64,000 bases of DNA. Source: Macrostomum lignano. Its lineage: Eukaryota. The position numbers and the translations under genes were made by a program. The notes beneath the pieces are model-generated. The model saw only the letters and a list, made by a program, of their open reading frames with translations. It was not told where the DNA came from and ran no database searches. Shown one piece after another: positions 33,845 through 44,080 of this stretch (position 1 is its first letter; the number at the start of each line of letters is the position of its first letter). Location of the stretch: contig NIVC01000269.1 of the NCBI GenBank assembly GCA_002269645.1, positions 620,001 through 684,000 of the forward strand. The letters are read 5' to 3'.

Positions 33845-36800
33845 CCCAGTGAAAAATGATTCATGGATTCCACGTGGGTTCCACGTGGCCATGTGGAATT
33901 TAAATGTTTCTTTATTTTTTGCAAATTATTAACTTAAAGATGACATAATGGTATGCAAAGTATTTTTTATGCATTATTTTTTTATTTTTACTGTCCTAAT
34001 GTTGATGTGGATTTTACAAGGAATTCATGAGAAATAAGCGTATATTGATTCAACATGGAATCCACTTCGATAAAAAACTGTGATACACCACATTCAGACA
34101 TTTTTAGGAAATTACTATAATTAATTATTACATTTATATGTTTTTAAGTTAAAATTAATATCTTAAAGCTAAATTATAATCGGCAAATAAGACACTGTTT
34201 GTTAAAATAGACAAAGTAGAAGTGAACAATAAAAAACGCTTCGTGCTTTTTAAAATTAAATTAATTTTATTTTATATTCGTCAATGTTTTGGTTCAAGGC
34301 CTTGAAAGATAAATTGCCTTGTTTATGGCTATTTAAGCACCTTAAAAATTTTAGTAGATCTAGCCTATAGGCAATAACTTATCAGGCCATAGCCTCCATG
34401 AGATTAGAAATTAGATAAATCAGTATTTTATCATAGATAGGCCTAATACTTTTGGTAAAATCTATGATAAATTTATTTAGGCCTAGGCCTCCAATTTCTA
34501 GAAATCCCATGGCCATGTCCATAGATTGGCTACTCATTTTTTTAACTTAAATAGACCTTTAGAAGTTCATAATTTCCTCTTAGTCCTAGGCCTACCTATT
34601 ATTAGTCCTATCTATTTATATGTATGCTTATTAGGCGTATTTTAAGCTAGGCCTGCTATAACTATCAATTTAGGTCCTTCTATTTTAATTAAGGTAAGGA
34701 CTAGCTTGACTTTGTGAATTGTGACTAGTCAATCTAGTTAATATGTTAAAAATCAATTAATTTATGATTTTCTTCAAAAAAGTCTGTTAGCATCTTTTGG
34801 ACTTGTTGCATTTTTAAAAACAATATTATTAATTATAATAAATAATTCTTTGCAATTACACTTGCAACTTGCTTTTGGCATAGCTAGCCTAGCAGATCCC
34901 TAAGGTTGCTATTAAAAATAAAGAATGATTATTGTAAATTTGATCTGATTTAGGCCAAGTCCAGAATTTAATTTTAAGCCATAAGGCATAGCTATTTAGG
35001 CTTAGGTTAGGCCTAATGTTTAATTATACTATTTTTTTTATTAGAGGCAGGGGGGTTGTGTGCACCCTGGCGCACTTTAAGCAACATAGGCATACAACTG
35101 GCAAGAGGCATTGCTGCCTATTCCGCCGACTCCCCTAAGCAGGCACACAAGTGTGCGGATATGTATGCAAGCACACTCATACAGGAATGTACAGCGGCCC
35201 TAGCTTTATTTATCGTTAGGCATGTATACTTCACTGTGCCTTGGGGGTTGGCTCTCAAGGCCATTAATTGCATGAGCAGAGAGCCAAGCTGAGATTCCAA
35301 TTCAGCCCCAAATTAATATGACTGTACTTGGATTCGAGCTTGGGTCGTTGGCACACCAGAGCAGCTGCGCTACTACTTGGCTACGGCCCCCCTTTTAATC
35401 ATACTAGGCCAGCAAATATGAAAAACATGCATTGCTTTGCCTAAATACTTTATAGTCTAAAATCAATTTTAAAATAAAAAATTAAATTTATAGAAACATA
35501 TATTAATTATTTTTATACTTATTATTTTAATTTTATTAATTTTATTTTATTGATTGACTTAGGTAGGGTTTTCTTTTTTGCTAGAGACAAGGTGCAAAAT
35601 CATACCCTATGCTCACTTTTAGGGTTTTATGATTTTAAGGCTTAGAATGTAGTTTCTTTTTTTTCTTATATAAAGGCAATGCAAATAAGGCTTCAACATA
35701 AAAATAGGTAATGAGATCGCACCTAAACTGTATCAACTTTTTAATTTCAGTTTTTAAGGTACAATTTTAAGATTTAGGATGCACTTGACTTACTTGACTT
35801 AGCTGCAGGGGGCTCTGTGCATCTGGAAACAGCGAGGAGGCATTGCTGCCCATTTCGCTAACCCCTGGCGAAGGCATATGCACACTCTGCGCTAAAAAAA
35901 TAAACCTAAGACTTAGGCCTAGTTAATTTTAAAATAAACTTTATTAAGTATTCATCCTTAAATTAGTTTTATGAATTATATCAATATTATCTATCAATCT
36001 TAATTGGCAACAATTATTTTTCTATTTCATTTCAGCCTAACATTACATGGCCCATCCTTAAACTTGGATGTCACCTTGGTCTTGCCTTTGAAGAAGCATG
36101 CAAAGCTACTTGGAATTGGAATTTAATATCTCGAATGCTACCTTTTGTGAAGCAATGGTAAGTTTTAGTTATAAACTGATTTTTTTCTGTCATCAAAATC
36201 TGTTATAAGATCAAAATCTATAAAAATCTATTACAAAATCTGTTATCAATCTGTTATAAAATTCTGTAATTTAACCCCTTTCTTTTCTAAGGTTGCTCAC
36301 CTGACCTGAAGAAGCAGCATTCTGGCAATTGGCAGCAGCATGTTTCTGACTGTTCTAATTCTGGTGCATTATATTATTGTTAATTAATTAATGCTATTGA
36401 CAATGTCAATTTCAAATTATATATTATATCATATGCGCAGCGCAACTTTAAAGATATCAATATCTACATCAGTGTGTTTATTCTTTGTGTGCTAGTGACT
36501 CACTACTGTACATAAATACACCTTACTTATTGATACATCCTTTTTGAATATATTTTTGTGCAGAAATATTTTTGGCTATAGCTAATGTTTTATCTGTGTT
36601 TCAGTTTCTTTTATATGGTATTGAGATCTGGGGTTTGTATGAAATTTTGAGATCTGGTATTATTTTGAGATTTAGGATGCAACAATTTATTATGGCAACC
36701 AGTATAATGGCTGCTTACTCAATGACAATGTGGATTCTATGTGAAATACATAATTACTTCCATGTGGATCTTCCATGTGGAATCCATATCTTGATTCCAC

Positions 36801-36879
36801 ATGGATGGACGGAGACAAATGCACATATGGATTTCATATGAAAAATCCACATGGAATCCATATCATTTTTTTCACTGGG
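33845..36879. mobile_element. Non-autonomous CACTA/EnSpm-like DNA transposon (about 3.0 kb)
   Basis: Ends are TA|CCCAGTGAAAAA...TTTTTCACTGGG|TA, with subterminal repeats CCA[C/T]GTGGA[A/T]TCC at both ends. The superfamily is inferred from the end structure only. Confidence 0.6.
35033..35390 (-). mobile_element. tRNA-derived SINE; a second partial copy of its 3' part lies at about 35808-35890
   Basis: Minus-strand head GGGGCCGTAGCCAAGTAGTAG (A-box-like) ... AGCTCGAATCC (B-box-like), with an A-rich tail near 35033-35040. Confidence 0.65.
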
Positions 36880-37556
36880 TAGCAGAGCGTTCACAACTCT
36901 TCAAATAATTCATGGTTATTATGCGTTCGATGGATGCCGGCGACACCACCTCCACTTCTGCAACCACTACTGCTCTGGCGCATACCATGCCGCCCACTCC
37001 GACCGCTGTTGCTGCCACCGCTGGCACTAGTTCTGGAGCCCCCACTGGTCCTGATGCCTCTTTGACACCCAACTTTAACGACCGCTACGACCTCGCCGGG
37101 ACCGACCGGGGCCCACAACAACTGGCTGCTACTCCTACTGCGCCGGTCACTGCTGCCACCCTCACCCCGACAACTCCTGGCATCGATGTCAACGCATTGA
37201 TGACCGCGAAGATGCAGCAGAACCAACAGCTAATACAACTGCAGCTCGCTGCCGCAGTCCATCCTGCTGCAACAGCGGAGCCTGCTGCACCGCCCACCTC
37301 AACGCCGCTGGAGATGCCGACTCCAAGGAGGCCAACTCCCTTGTCTCTGCCGCAGCCGATGGAGGCCTCGTTCCGCATTCGGATTTAAATACGAATGGTT
37401 CACCTTACTTGTACTACTTGCGCCTAACTTTATTTAATATATATATGTGAGCAAATCAACCCCTACTTTAATGGTATATAGCACGTACAATTAGGATGGG
37501 ATTTCATTTTTGGTATATAGGATATATAGGATAGTTAGAGAGATGAGATGAGCTAC

Positions 37557-39632
37557 CTAAGGTTCGTTGCAAAAGTCATAAGGGAGCAGCGCCTTTTCAT
37601 CACCACTTGCACGTCCACGTCCACCTCCGCGTCCTCGTCCACCTCGGCGTCCACCTCCGCGTCCTCGTCCACCTCGGCGTCCACCTCCGCGTCCTCGTCC
37701 ACCTCGGCGTCCACCTCCGCGTCCTCGTCCACCTCGGCGTCCACGTCCACCTCCACGCCCACATCCGAGTCCACTCGTTGCAGTATCAGGAGCTGGCGCC
37801 TCCGGCAGCATCAGCGGCGCCCACACTTTCATCTCGTGGCATGGGCAGGCTACTGCTGTACCAGGGCACATGCAGGACAGCTGACGGTAAGTGATCGGCC
37901 CACCATCAGTCCTTGAGACGTCGTGCATCGACTTCGAGCCTGGCATGCCGCAGAGGTCCTCACCCACGAAGGTGATGATGCTTGTGAAATAGTTCATGTC
38001 CTCTGGCTGAACCAACCATGTGAGTATGTGCAGAGGGCTACCCGATCTGACGGCTTCCATAACTTCCTGAGGTGTTACAACGTCCTGCCGGCTAGCCACG
38101 ACTTCATCGCAGCGGCGTTTGATAGCCGCTCCAACTCCATCCGCAGCACCCTTGCCGTGTCCGGCCTCTGTGTAGATCCAACGCCAGCTTGACACCCTCA
38201 TGATCTTCATCAGGCGGTCGAATAAGAAAACCATCTTGCGATTTCTATACTGGCTGGATGGCGAATCAGAGACGATGACGATCTGGTCCAGTTGGCTAAA
38301 GGCGTCCTTATCGACATCGTGCTTCTCCTTAAAGTGGCGAAGGACTGGTTGTAGATGAGCGGCGATGGCCTCCGCCGTCTTACTCCTCTCTCCTGATACC
38401 GTTGCGAATGAGCAAGGTTGATGTCCAGCCATGTAGGCCACGCCTTGATGAAGCACCACCTGATCCTTGTCGCCAAAGTGCGCCGCCTGTACCTCTTTGT
38501 GGTACTTCGCCGTATAGTTTTCGGAGAAGTCTATGTGCAACAGGAGCTGTCCCGGCTGCAGAGTATCCTTAACCTGGCGGATTGCACGATACTGGTTCCG
38601 CATCCGCATAAAGTGGCCCGCAAAGTCGACTAGTTGCACCATCAGCATGCTGATAGCCGTCTTGCATGATGCCGTCTCTTTGACCACATCCAAGCCGCTG
38701 CGTCCATCTGTCCGAGGCTTCCAAACGCGGTACACAACCTGTGGCTCAGCCTCAGCTGTCTCCGTGACTACAAATGACTTGCGACGGCACTCGTCGCATT
38801 TGCGCAGCAGGCAGTCAGCGTATTCCATGTCGCAGACCATTTCATTCAACACTTTAGTAATGTGGTGGCTGTGAAGAAGTCCAGCAATGTGCATGCCTTT
38901 GATTAAGGACTCCGTGTTAGTGCACTTTATGCACATACACATGTCTCGGTCACACAGACGAGCCCTCTTGACATACCATGGCTTCCAGCGGTTAAATGTT
39001 GCCCGGCTGATCTTCACACCAGGATACTCCCAAAGGAATTTTGCATGGAGCAGGGAGACTGAGCTCAGGAGATAACGCTTCTGTTTTGTCTCCTTCTCCT
39101 CGCCAAATCTCTTGGAGATGCAATCCTTCCGGGAGGAGGTGGCCCGCGAGTTTTCGTCCTGGCAAAAGTACTCCTGGACGACGCTCACAAGCAGATTTAT
39201 CTTCGGCGCTCTCGGCTGCTTTAAGATCTTCGCGGAGGCGCCAAAGAAGGCCATGACGGCCTTCCGTCCTGCCTCGTGGTCGTTTAGACAGGCAGCCTTG
39301 ATTACTCGCCGGGTGTTATTGAACCGTCTGACTGACTGCAGCGCTCTCTTCACATGGCTAGCTATGTTGGTGAAAGTCTGAAGCCGGCAACTTTTTGCCG
39401 CCAATTCCTTATTCGCGCGATGAAGTTTCACTCGTAGGCAGGTTTTGCTTGTCTTGCGCTGCTTGGCAGCAGTCTCAAGCAGGTGCACCCTGGCCTTTAG
39501 CTTGGCATTCTCCCGCTTGAACGCCGCTGCCGATCTTGCCAAGGATCGCTGGGGGATCTCTGCCGAAGTGCTGGACCCTGCCTTGTCCTTGCGATTGCCT
39601 TTGTCCCTATACTTCTGCTGTTGCCGCCGCAT
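37557..39632 (-). CDS. DDE transposase, CMC superfamily (Chapaev-like), 691 aa, with a C-terminal RGG repeat tail
   Basis: Uninterrupted ORF with C-x-C-x2-C, LHIDFSENY, VSDSPSSQYRN and EAGHGKGAADGVGAAIKR. The family is assigned from memory of these motifs, and no TIRs were identified. Confidence 0.7.
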   Translation of the reverse strand: MRRQQQKYRDKGNRKDKAGSSTSAEIPQRSLARSAAAFKRENAKLKARVHLLETAAKQRKTSKTCLRVKLHRANKELAAKSCRLQTFTNIASHVKRALQSVRRFNNTRRVIKAACLNDHEAGRKAVMAFFGASAKILKQPRAPKINLLVSVVQEYFCQDENSRATSSRKDCISKRFGEEKETKQKRYLLSSVSLLHAKFLWEYPGVKISRATFNRWKPWYVKRARLCDRDMCMCIKCTNTESLIKGMHIAGLLHSHHITKVLNEMVCDMEYADCLLRKCDECRRKSFVVTETAEAEPQVVYRVWKPRTDGRSGLDVVKETASCKTAISMLMVQLVDFAGHFMRMRNQYRAIRQVKDTLQPGQLLLHIDFSENYTAKYHKEVQAAHFGDKDQVVLHQGVAYMAGHQPCSFATVSGERSKTAEAIAAHLQPVLRHFKEKHDVDKDAFSQLDQIVIVSDSPSSQYRNRKMVFLFDRLMKIMRVSSWRWIYTEAGHGKGAADGVGAAIKRRCDEVVASRQDVVTPQEVMEAVRSGSPLHILTWLVQPEDMNYFTSIITFVGEDLCGMPGSKSMHDVSRTDGGPITYRQLSCMCPGTAVACPCHEMKVWAPLMLPEAPAPDTATSGLGCGRGGGRGRRGGRGRGGGRRGGRGRGGGRRGGRGRGGGRRGGRGRGGGRGRASGDEKALLPYDFCNEP
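37618..37750. repeat. 30-bp coding tandem repeat (GGRRGGRGRG) at the 3' end of the transposase
   Basis: About 4 copies of GTCCACCTCCGCGTCCTCGTCCACCTCGGC. Confidence 0.9.
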
Positions 39633-40299
39633 GTGCTCTAGGTAGCTACTGTGGGAGCCAAATTTTTTTTAAATATATTTTTTCCTCTTTTCACGCCGCT
39701 TTTGTCGTTCAGTCGGCTTGAACGGCATTGCATGAAACAGATGGTGGGAATTTTTGTGTTTTGCAGTCATTTCAAGCAATTACAGCTGCAGTCTAATTTG
39801 GACAATCATGTGATTGGGAATCACTTAGATGTTACTAGGGGCAACAAACCCAGCAATGTCACTATTAGATGCCTCAACTGCCAGTAGGACCTAGTGGAAA
39901 AGCTTCAAAAATGATATCCAAATTTTGCAGTCTATTTTGTGCTAAATCTGCATAGAGTCTAAACTGTATCTTTCATTTAAATAATGCCAATAGCTACTTG
40001 CTTATTGGGACACAAAATTCAGGATTTTTTGCAAGAAACTGTACATTTCAAAGTAAAATTTTCCAAATGGCCAAAACTTTTTTTGATGGACCAATTTCTA
40101 CAAATAAAGCCACTTGATTCATATTCTTTCAGTCATTGAGATCTAATATCTAATTTAAAACATCCATTTTAATTTCAAGTTTAAAATGCTACTGAATCCC
40201 TTACTCATAAATTACAGTTTGTATGTCTGGTTTCTAAATTGTTAACATATTTTGTGTGGCTTATATGCAATATTTTCTTTTAAAAAATTGATGCTCCTA

Positions 40300-40650
40300 C
40301 ACAACACCTAGTAAAACATTCTCCAAAAAATTCAGCCCAATCAGTTCTTTCAGTGACCCATGATGGCAGTCCCAATGGTTTGACATATGCAAAAGTGCAT
40401 GTTTTTTTTCAGATGTTTTACTTAATTGTGGGGCTCAGAGGCAATGTATTTAAAAATGCAAAAAATGCTCCCATAAGACACCTAGTCTAACACTCTCCAA
40501 AAAATTCGGCCCAATCAGTTCTTTCAGTGACCCATGATGGCAGTCCCAACATTTTGACACATGCAAAAGTGCATGTTTTTCAGATGCTTTGCTTAATTGT
40601 GGGGCTCAGAGGCAATGTATTTAAAAAAGCACAAAAATGCTCCTGTAAGA
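40300..40650. repeat. Two tandem copies of a roughly 175-bp unit upstream of the Chapaev-like ORF
   Basis: CCCAATCAGTTCTTTCAGTGACCCATGATGGCAGTCCCAA occurs at about 40336 and 40510 with shared flanks. Confidence 0.75.
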
Positions 40651-41321
40651 CACCCAGTTCTCCACTTTACTCCTTTTTTTGGTCATTATCTTATTCCAGT
40701 GTTGCAAAACTGTGGTCCCAACGTTTATTGGCTTGTGCCTGTCTTAGTAGCAATTAATTGTATAAAAAAATATTGCAACAACTGTGGTGCACTATTCCAT
40801 ATAAAAACATCACAAATACAAAGATCACATTATAAGGCACAAAAAAACGCCAAAAGACGCCATATGCATTGCTTTCACCTATAAAACTAGCAATATATTT
40901 GTACAATTCAACTGCTAGTAACTAGAACAGTGATGCGTTTAAGTGATGAAAGATTGTGTTTAAGTCAAGGAACAAATCACTAAGCAGTCATTCTTGAAAA
41001 AGAAGCAAATTCTAATGTTCTTTTCTTCCTTCCTGTGCAAAATAGTTTATTTCTGATGTTTCTTTCCCATTGAATTTTTTCACAAAACATGACACCGTCT
41101 TAGCGTTACATCGAAGAAATGGAAATATTAAATTAATAAAATGACTCAGTAGTCAGTTGCTTTGACAACCGTACCAATTTCACTGTTTCGAATGATAAAT
41201 AAAGTACTTTTCTTTCAACAGCTATGTTTACCCTGTTGCTTGTTTTGCATGAAAGGCTGGTTCAGGGTCGAAAATTTTTTTCTTGTTTTATCGCGTAATT
41301 CCTGATTTTGAGAACGACCCG

Positions 41322-41883
41322 TTCGTTAAATTATTTTTTCGATTTGAATCGGTGCGTAGACGCGAAAAAGTGACGTGGCAGCATTTGAAATTGTGCCTAT
41401 TGAAAAAATGATGTGGCAGTAGTGGAAAGGACATGGGGTTGCTGCTGACACATGTCTATGGCACTACTCACCTACTCGGTTTGTGGCGGAGTATAGGCAG
41501 CAGCTTGCACTTGCTCCTTGCTCCCCTTCCCACTCTCGCATGAGCTTTGACTTATCGCATTGAGTCTTCACTTGTTAAATTTTATTAAATTTTACTCAAA
41601 CTGCAACATGGCTGGGCGCCCAGCGGCACCTACATTCATCGTCCCTCCTGGACAACTGCGTCCCTCGCTGGAGCTGTGCGACATAAACTTTACGATGCGC
41701 GAGCTGGCCAACATCACCCAGACGCCTAGAGACTGCATCAACTGGATGGCAATGTTTGTCTTTAGTTAAACAACTCCATCCAACTTTCCAAGAAAAATTT
41801 AAGTCCCAGCATCCCATTACTGTTGTTTTCTGACATTACTTAGTAGTCACAACTTGTTTTTGTCGAAAAAATAATTTAACGAA
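41322..41883. mobile_element. 562-bp element with perfect 21-bp TIRs (TTCGTTAAATTATTTTTTCGA)
   Basis: 41322-41342 is the reverse complement of 41863-41883. A short internal coding-like stretch (DINFTMRELANITQTPRDCINWMAM) is reminiscent of Merlin/IS1595-type N-termini, but this is weak. Confidence 0.6.
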
Positions 41884-42953
41884 TGAAAGAGGAAAATCGC
41901 CGAATTTTGGTATATACTCAACATGATTTTAATAATCTATATTAAATATAAAAAGGGACCTAGCCTACAACTGCATATTAGAATTTTCTAGCCTATAGGC
42001 CTAGCATGCAAGCTATTTGGCATACAAAATCCAATATAATTATAATGGCATATAAACTAGGGGCCTATTTGAAAATTGATGCATGTACTAGTGCTATGCC
42101 TTTATCATAGTATACTCGAATGTTCTTTCAATGTAATAACTGTATATTCGAATCTTTCTTAGAAACTGAATCTACGCGAACGCCAAATAATAGTTTGTTT
42201 TAATGCGCGAAATAAATTGGAGAATTATTTTTTGTTTTAATCGTATGTGGGGAAAATCACTATATATAGGAGCGATTTTATAGCAAATAAACCAACTGTC
42301 TTTTACTCGTGAGCAAATAATTGCGAACAGAATAAGCAGTTCAATCTAAACCATTTCAAAGTCTTTGAGCTAAATAGCGACTTATTTATTTGCAAAACCT
42401 GTGAAACGATTCTAAGAAATTTGCTAAGAGAAGGGAATTGGGACTAATTCTTGGAGATATACCAAGAGAGGCGCCGTGACCCTCTAGTCTCGGTGAACGC
42501 CCGATTAGGACTATACACTAATACATATACCAGTACTAGACCGCTCAGGCCATAAGCTACTAGAACGCTACCAGAAAGCAAGCCATAAGCTACCAGAAAC
42601 GCTACTAAGAACGCTACCAGAAACGCTACTAAGAACGCTACCCAGAAATATTTAAATGAAATTCTAAGAAATAGTTAGGGAGTAAAAGCAAGTATAATCA
42701 GGATAACTGTAGTTGGCAAATCGGTGGGATTAAAATTGATAAAGTAAGAGGTGAAAGGCCTGTAACAACTTTGGTGGCAGCTCGTAGGATATTTAATAAA
42801 CACTAATAGTTAGAAGTTTAGAAAGACAGAGCCAAAAAGGCCTGTCACAGCTGGTGGCAGCGGTGGGATTATTTCAGTGAGAGCGCCCACCCCTACGACA
42901 ACTTGGTGGCAATAGTGGGATATTATTAAGAAGGAAGTAAGCACTGTCACAGC

Positions 42954-42964
42954 TGGTGGCAGCG
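42954..42964 (+). promoter_or_regulatory. Primer-binding site complementary to the tRNA-Leu 3' end
   Basis: TGGTGGCAGCG lies 2 nt after the LTR end and is complementary to the remembered tRNA-Leu end ...CCGCTGCCA-CCA. Confidence 0.8.
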
Positions 42965-43052
42965 ATAAGGATTAGAGAAACGGCGCGAACTCTCAAAACT
43001 AGATTCAGAAGAATTCCGAAGAATAATTTGAAAAGTTTTTCGTAGAGAGAAG

Positions 43053-43846
43053 ATGAATCAGAATCAGGCTAATGACGCCATCGCCATGCTGGCAGAAGAA
43101 TTGCGAAACCGACTAGAGATACGGCCGATGAGACACGTTAAGATTCAGAAATTCACACCTACGCAAGACATTCGGATTTGGCTAACAGCTTTCGATCAGC
43201 GCTGTGAAGTAGAAGGGATAGATGAGGAACATAGGAAGCAGGAATTGCTAGCTAATCTGGACCTGTCCACTGCATTCGCAGCGGTACAGCGCCTAAATCT
43301 GCCCGAGGATCTCGAATACGAAGAGTTCAAAGAGCGACTGATTGAGCGATTCGGAAGAATCGGTAGTTCCGCAGAATTCAGAGAGGAGTTTCGTGGAAGA
43401 ATGCAAGGCAGAAATGAGCCTGTAGAGACTTTCGCAGACTGTTTGATCGAGCTGGCATCGCGTGCATTTCCGAATATGACGGTTGAGCAAAGGGAAGAAG
43501 AAATTGTTGAGCAATTCATCAAGGGAATCAGAATTCCGTCAGAGACCCGTGAGAAGCTAATCTTTGCGCAGCCAGGCAATTTACAAGAGGCTAGAAGAAT
43601 GCTAAGAAGGATGGAGGCTGCGTGGAACATGTCTCACAAGAATGTCAACATGAGAATGGCCAAAGGCGAAGGCGAGAGTGAGCAGAAGGCAGATCAGGAG
43701 AAGCTTGAGGACATCATCAAGAAGCAGAGAGCAGAGTTAGAGCAACAGAAGAAGGCGATTGAGGAGCTGATGGAAGAGAAGAGAGCTAGCCGTCAGCAGT
43801 ATCATCCGCAGAATCAATATCAAACGTACGCTCAGGTCGCTGGACC

Positions 43847-43879
<33 letters not shown>

Positions 43880-44042
43880 AGTATGGCGCGGTCAGCCTCA
43901 GTTCAACAGGCAGCCACAGCAACAACAGCAGCCTCGAGCCTGCTACAATTGCGGGAAGCTTGGCCACATGGCGAGGAATTGCCAGAGCGCTAGGCCAAAC
44001 GGTCAGCGAGTGGTGAACTACCAGAAGCAGCAGGGAAACTGA
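43053..44042 (+). CDS. gag: Gypsy Gag with a CCHC zinc knuckle
   Basis: 329-aa ORF with retrotransposon-gag-like segments (FKERLIERFG, QGRNEPVETF) and CYNCGKLGHMARNC. Confidence 0.9.
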
Positions 44043-44080
44043 GTAGCGAGGGCCGCTTTGCGAGGCCACGTCCCTCTAGC
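44033..44080 (+). promoter_or_regulatory. -1 programmed ribosomal frameshift site between gag and pol
   Basis: Slippery heptamer G GGA AAC (44033-44039) immediately before the gag stop. The -1 frame is open through to the protease, and a downstream GAGGG...CCCTC / GGCC...GGCC stem is possible. Confidence 0.8.

Noticed and set aside
35320-35390. Functional tRNA gene
   Set aside because: The A and B boxes are degenerate, no full cloverleaf is evident, and it continues into a repeated body with an A-tail, which fits a SINE.
36912-37388. T/A/P/Q-rich 158-aa ORF next to the EnSpm-like end
   Set aside because: It has coding-like composition but is low complexity, with no domain or confident splice model, so it was not called.
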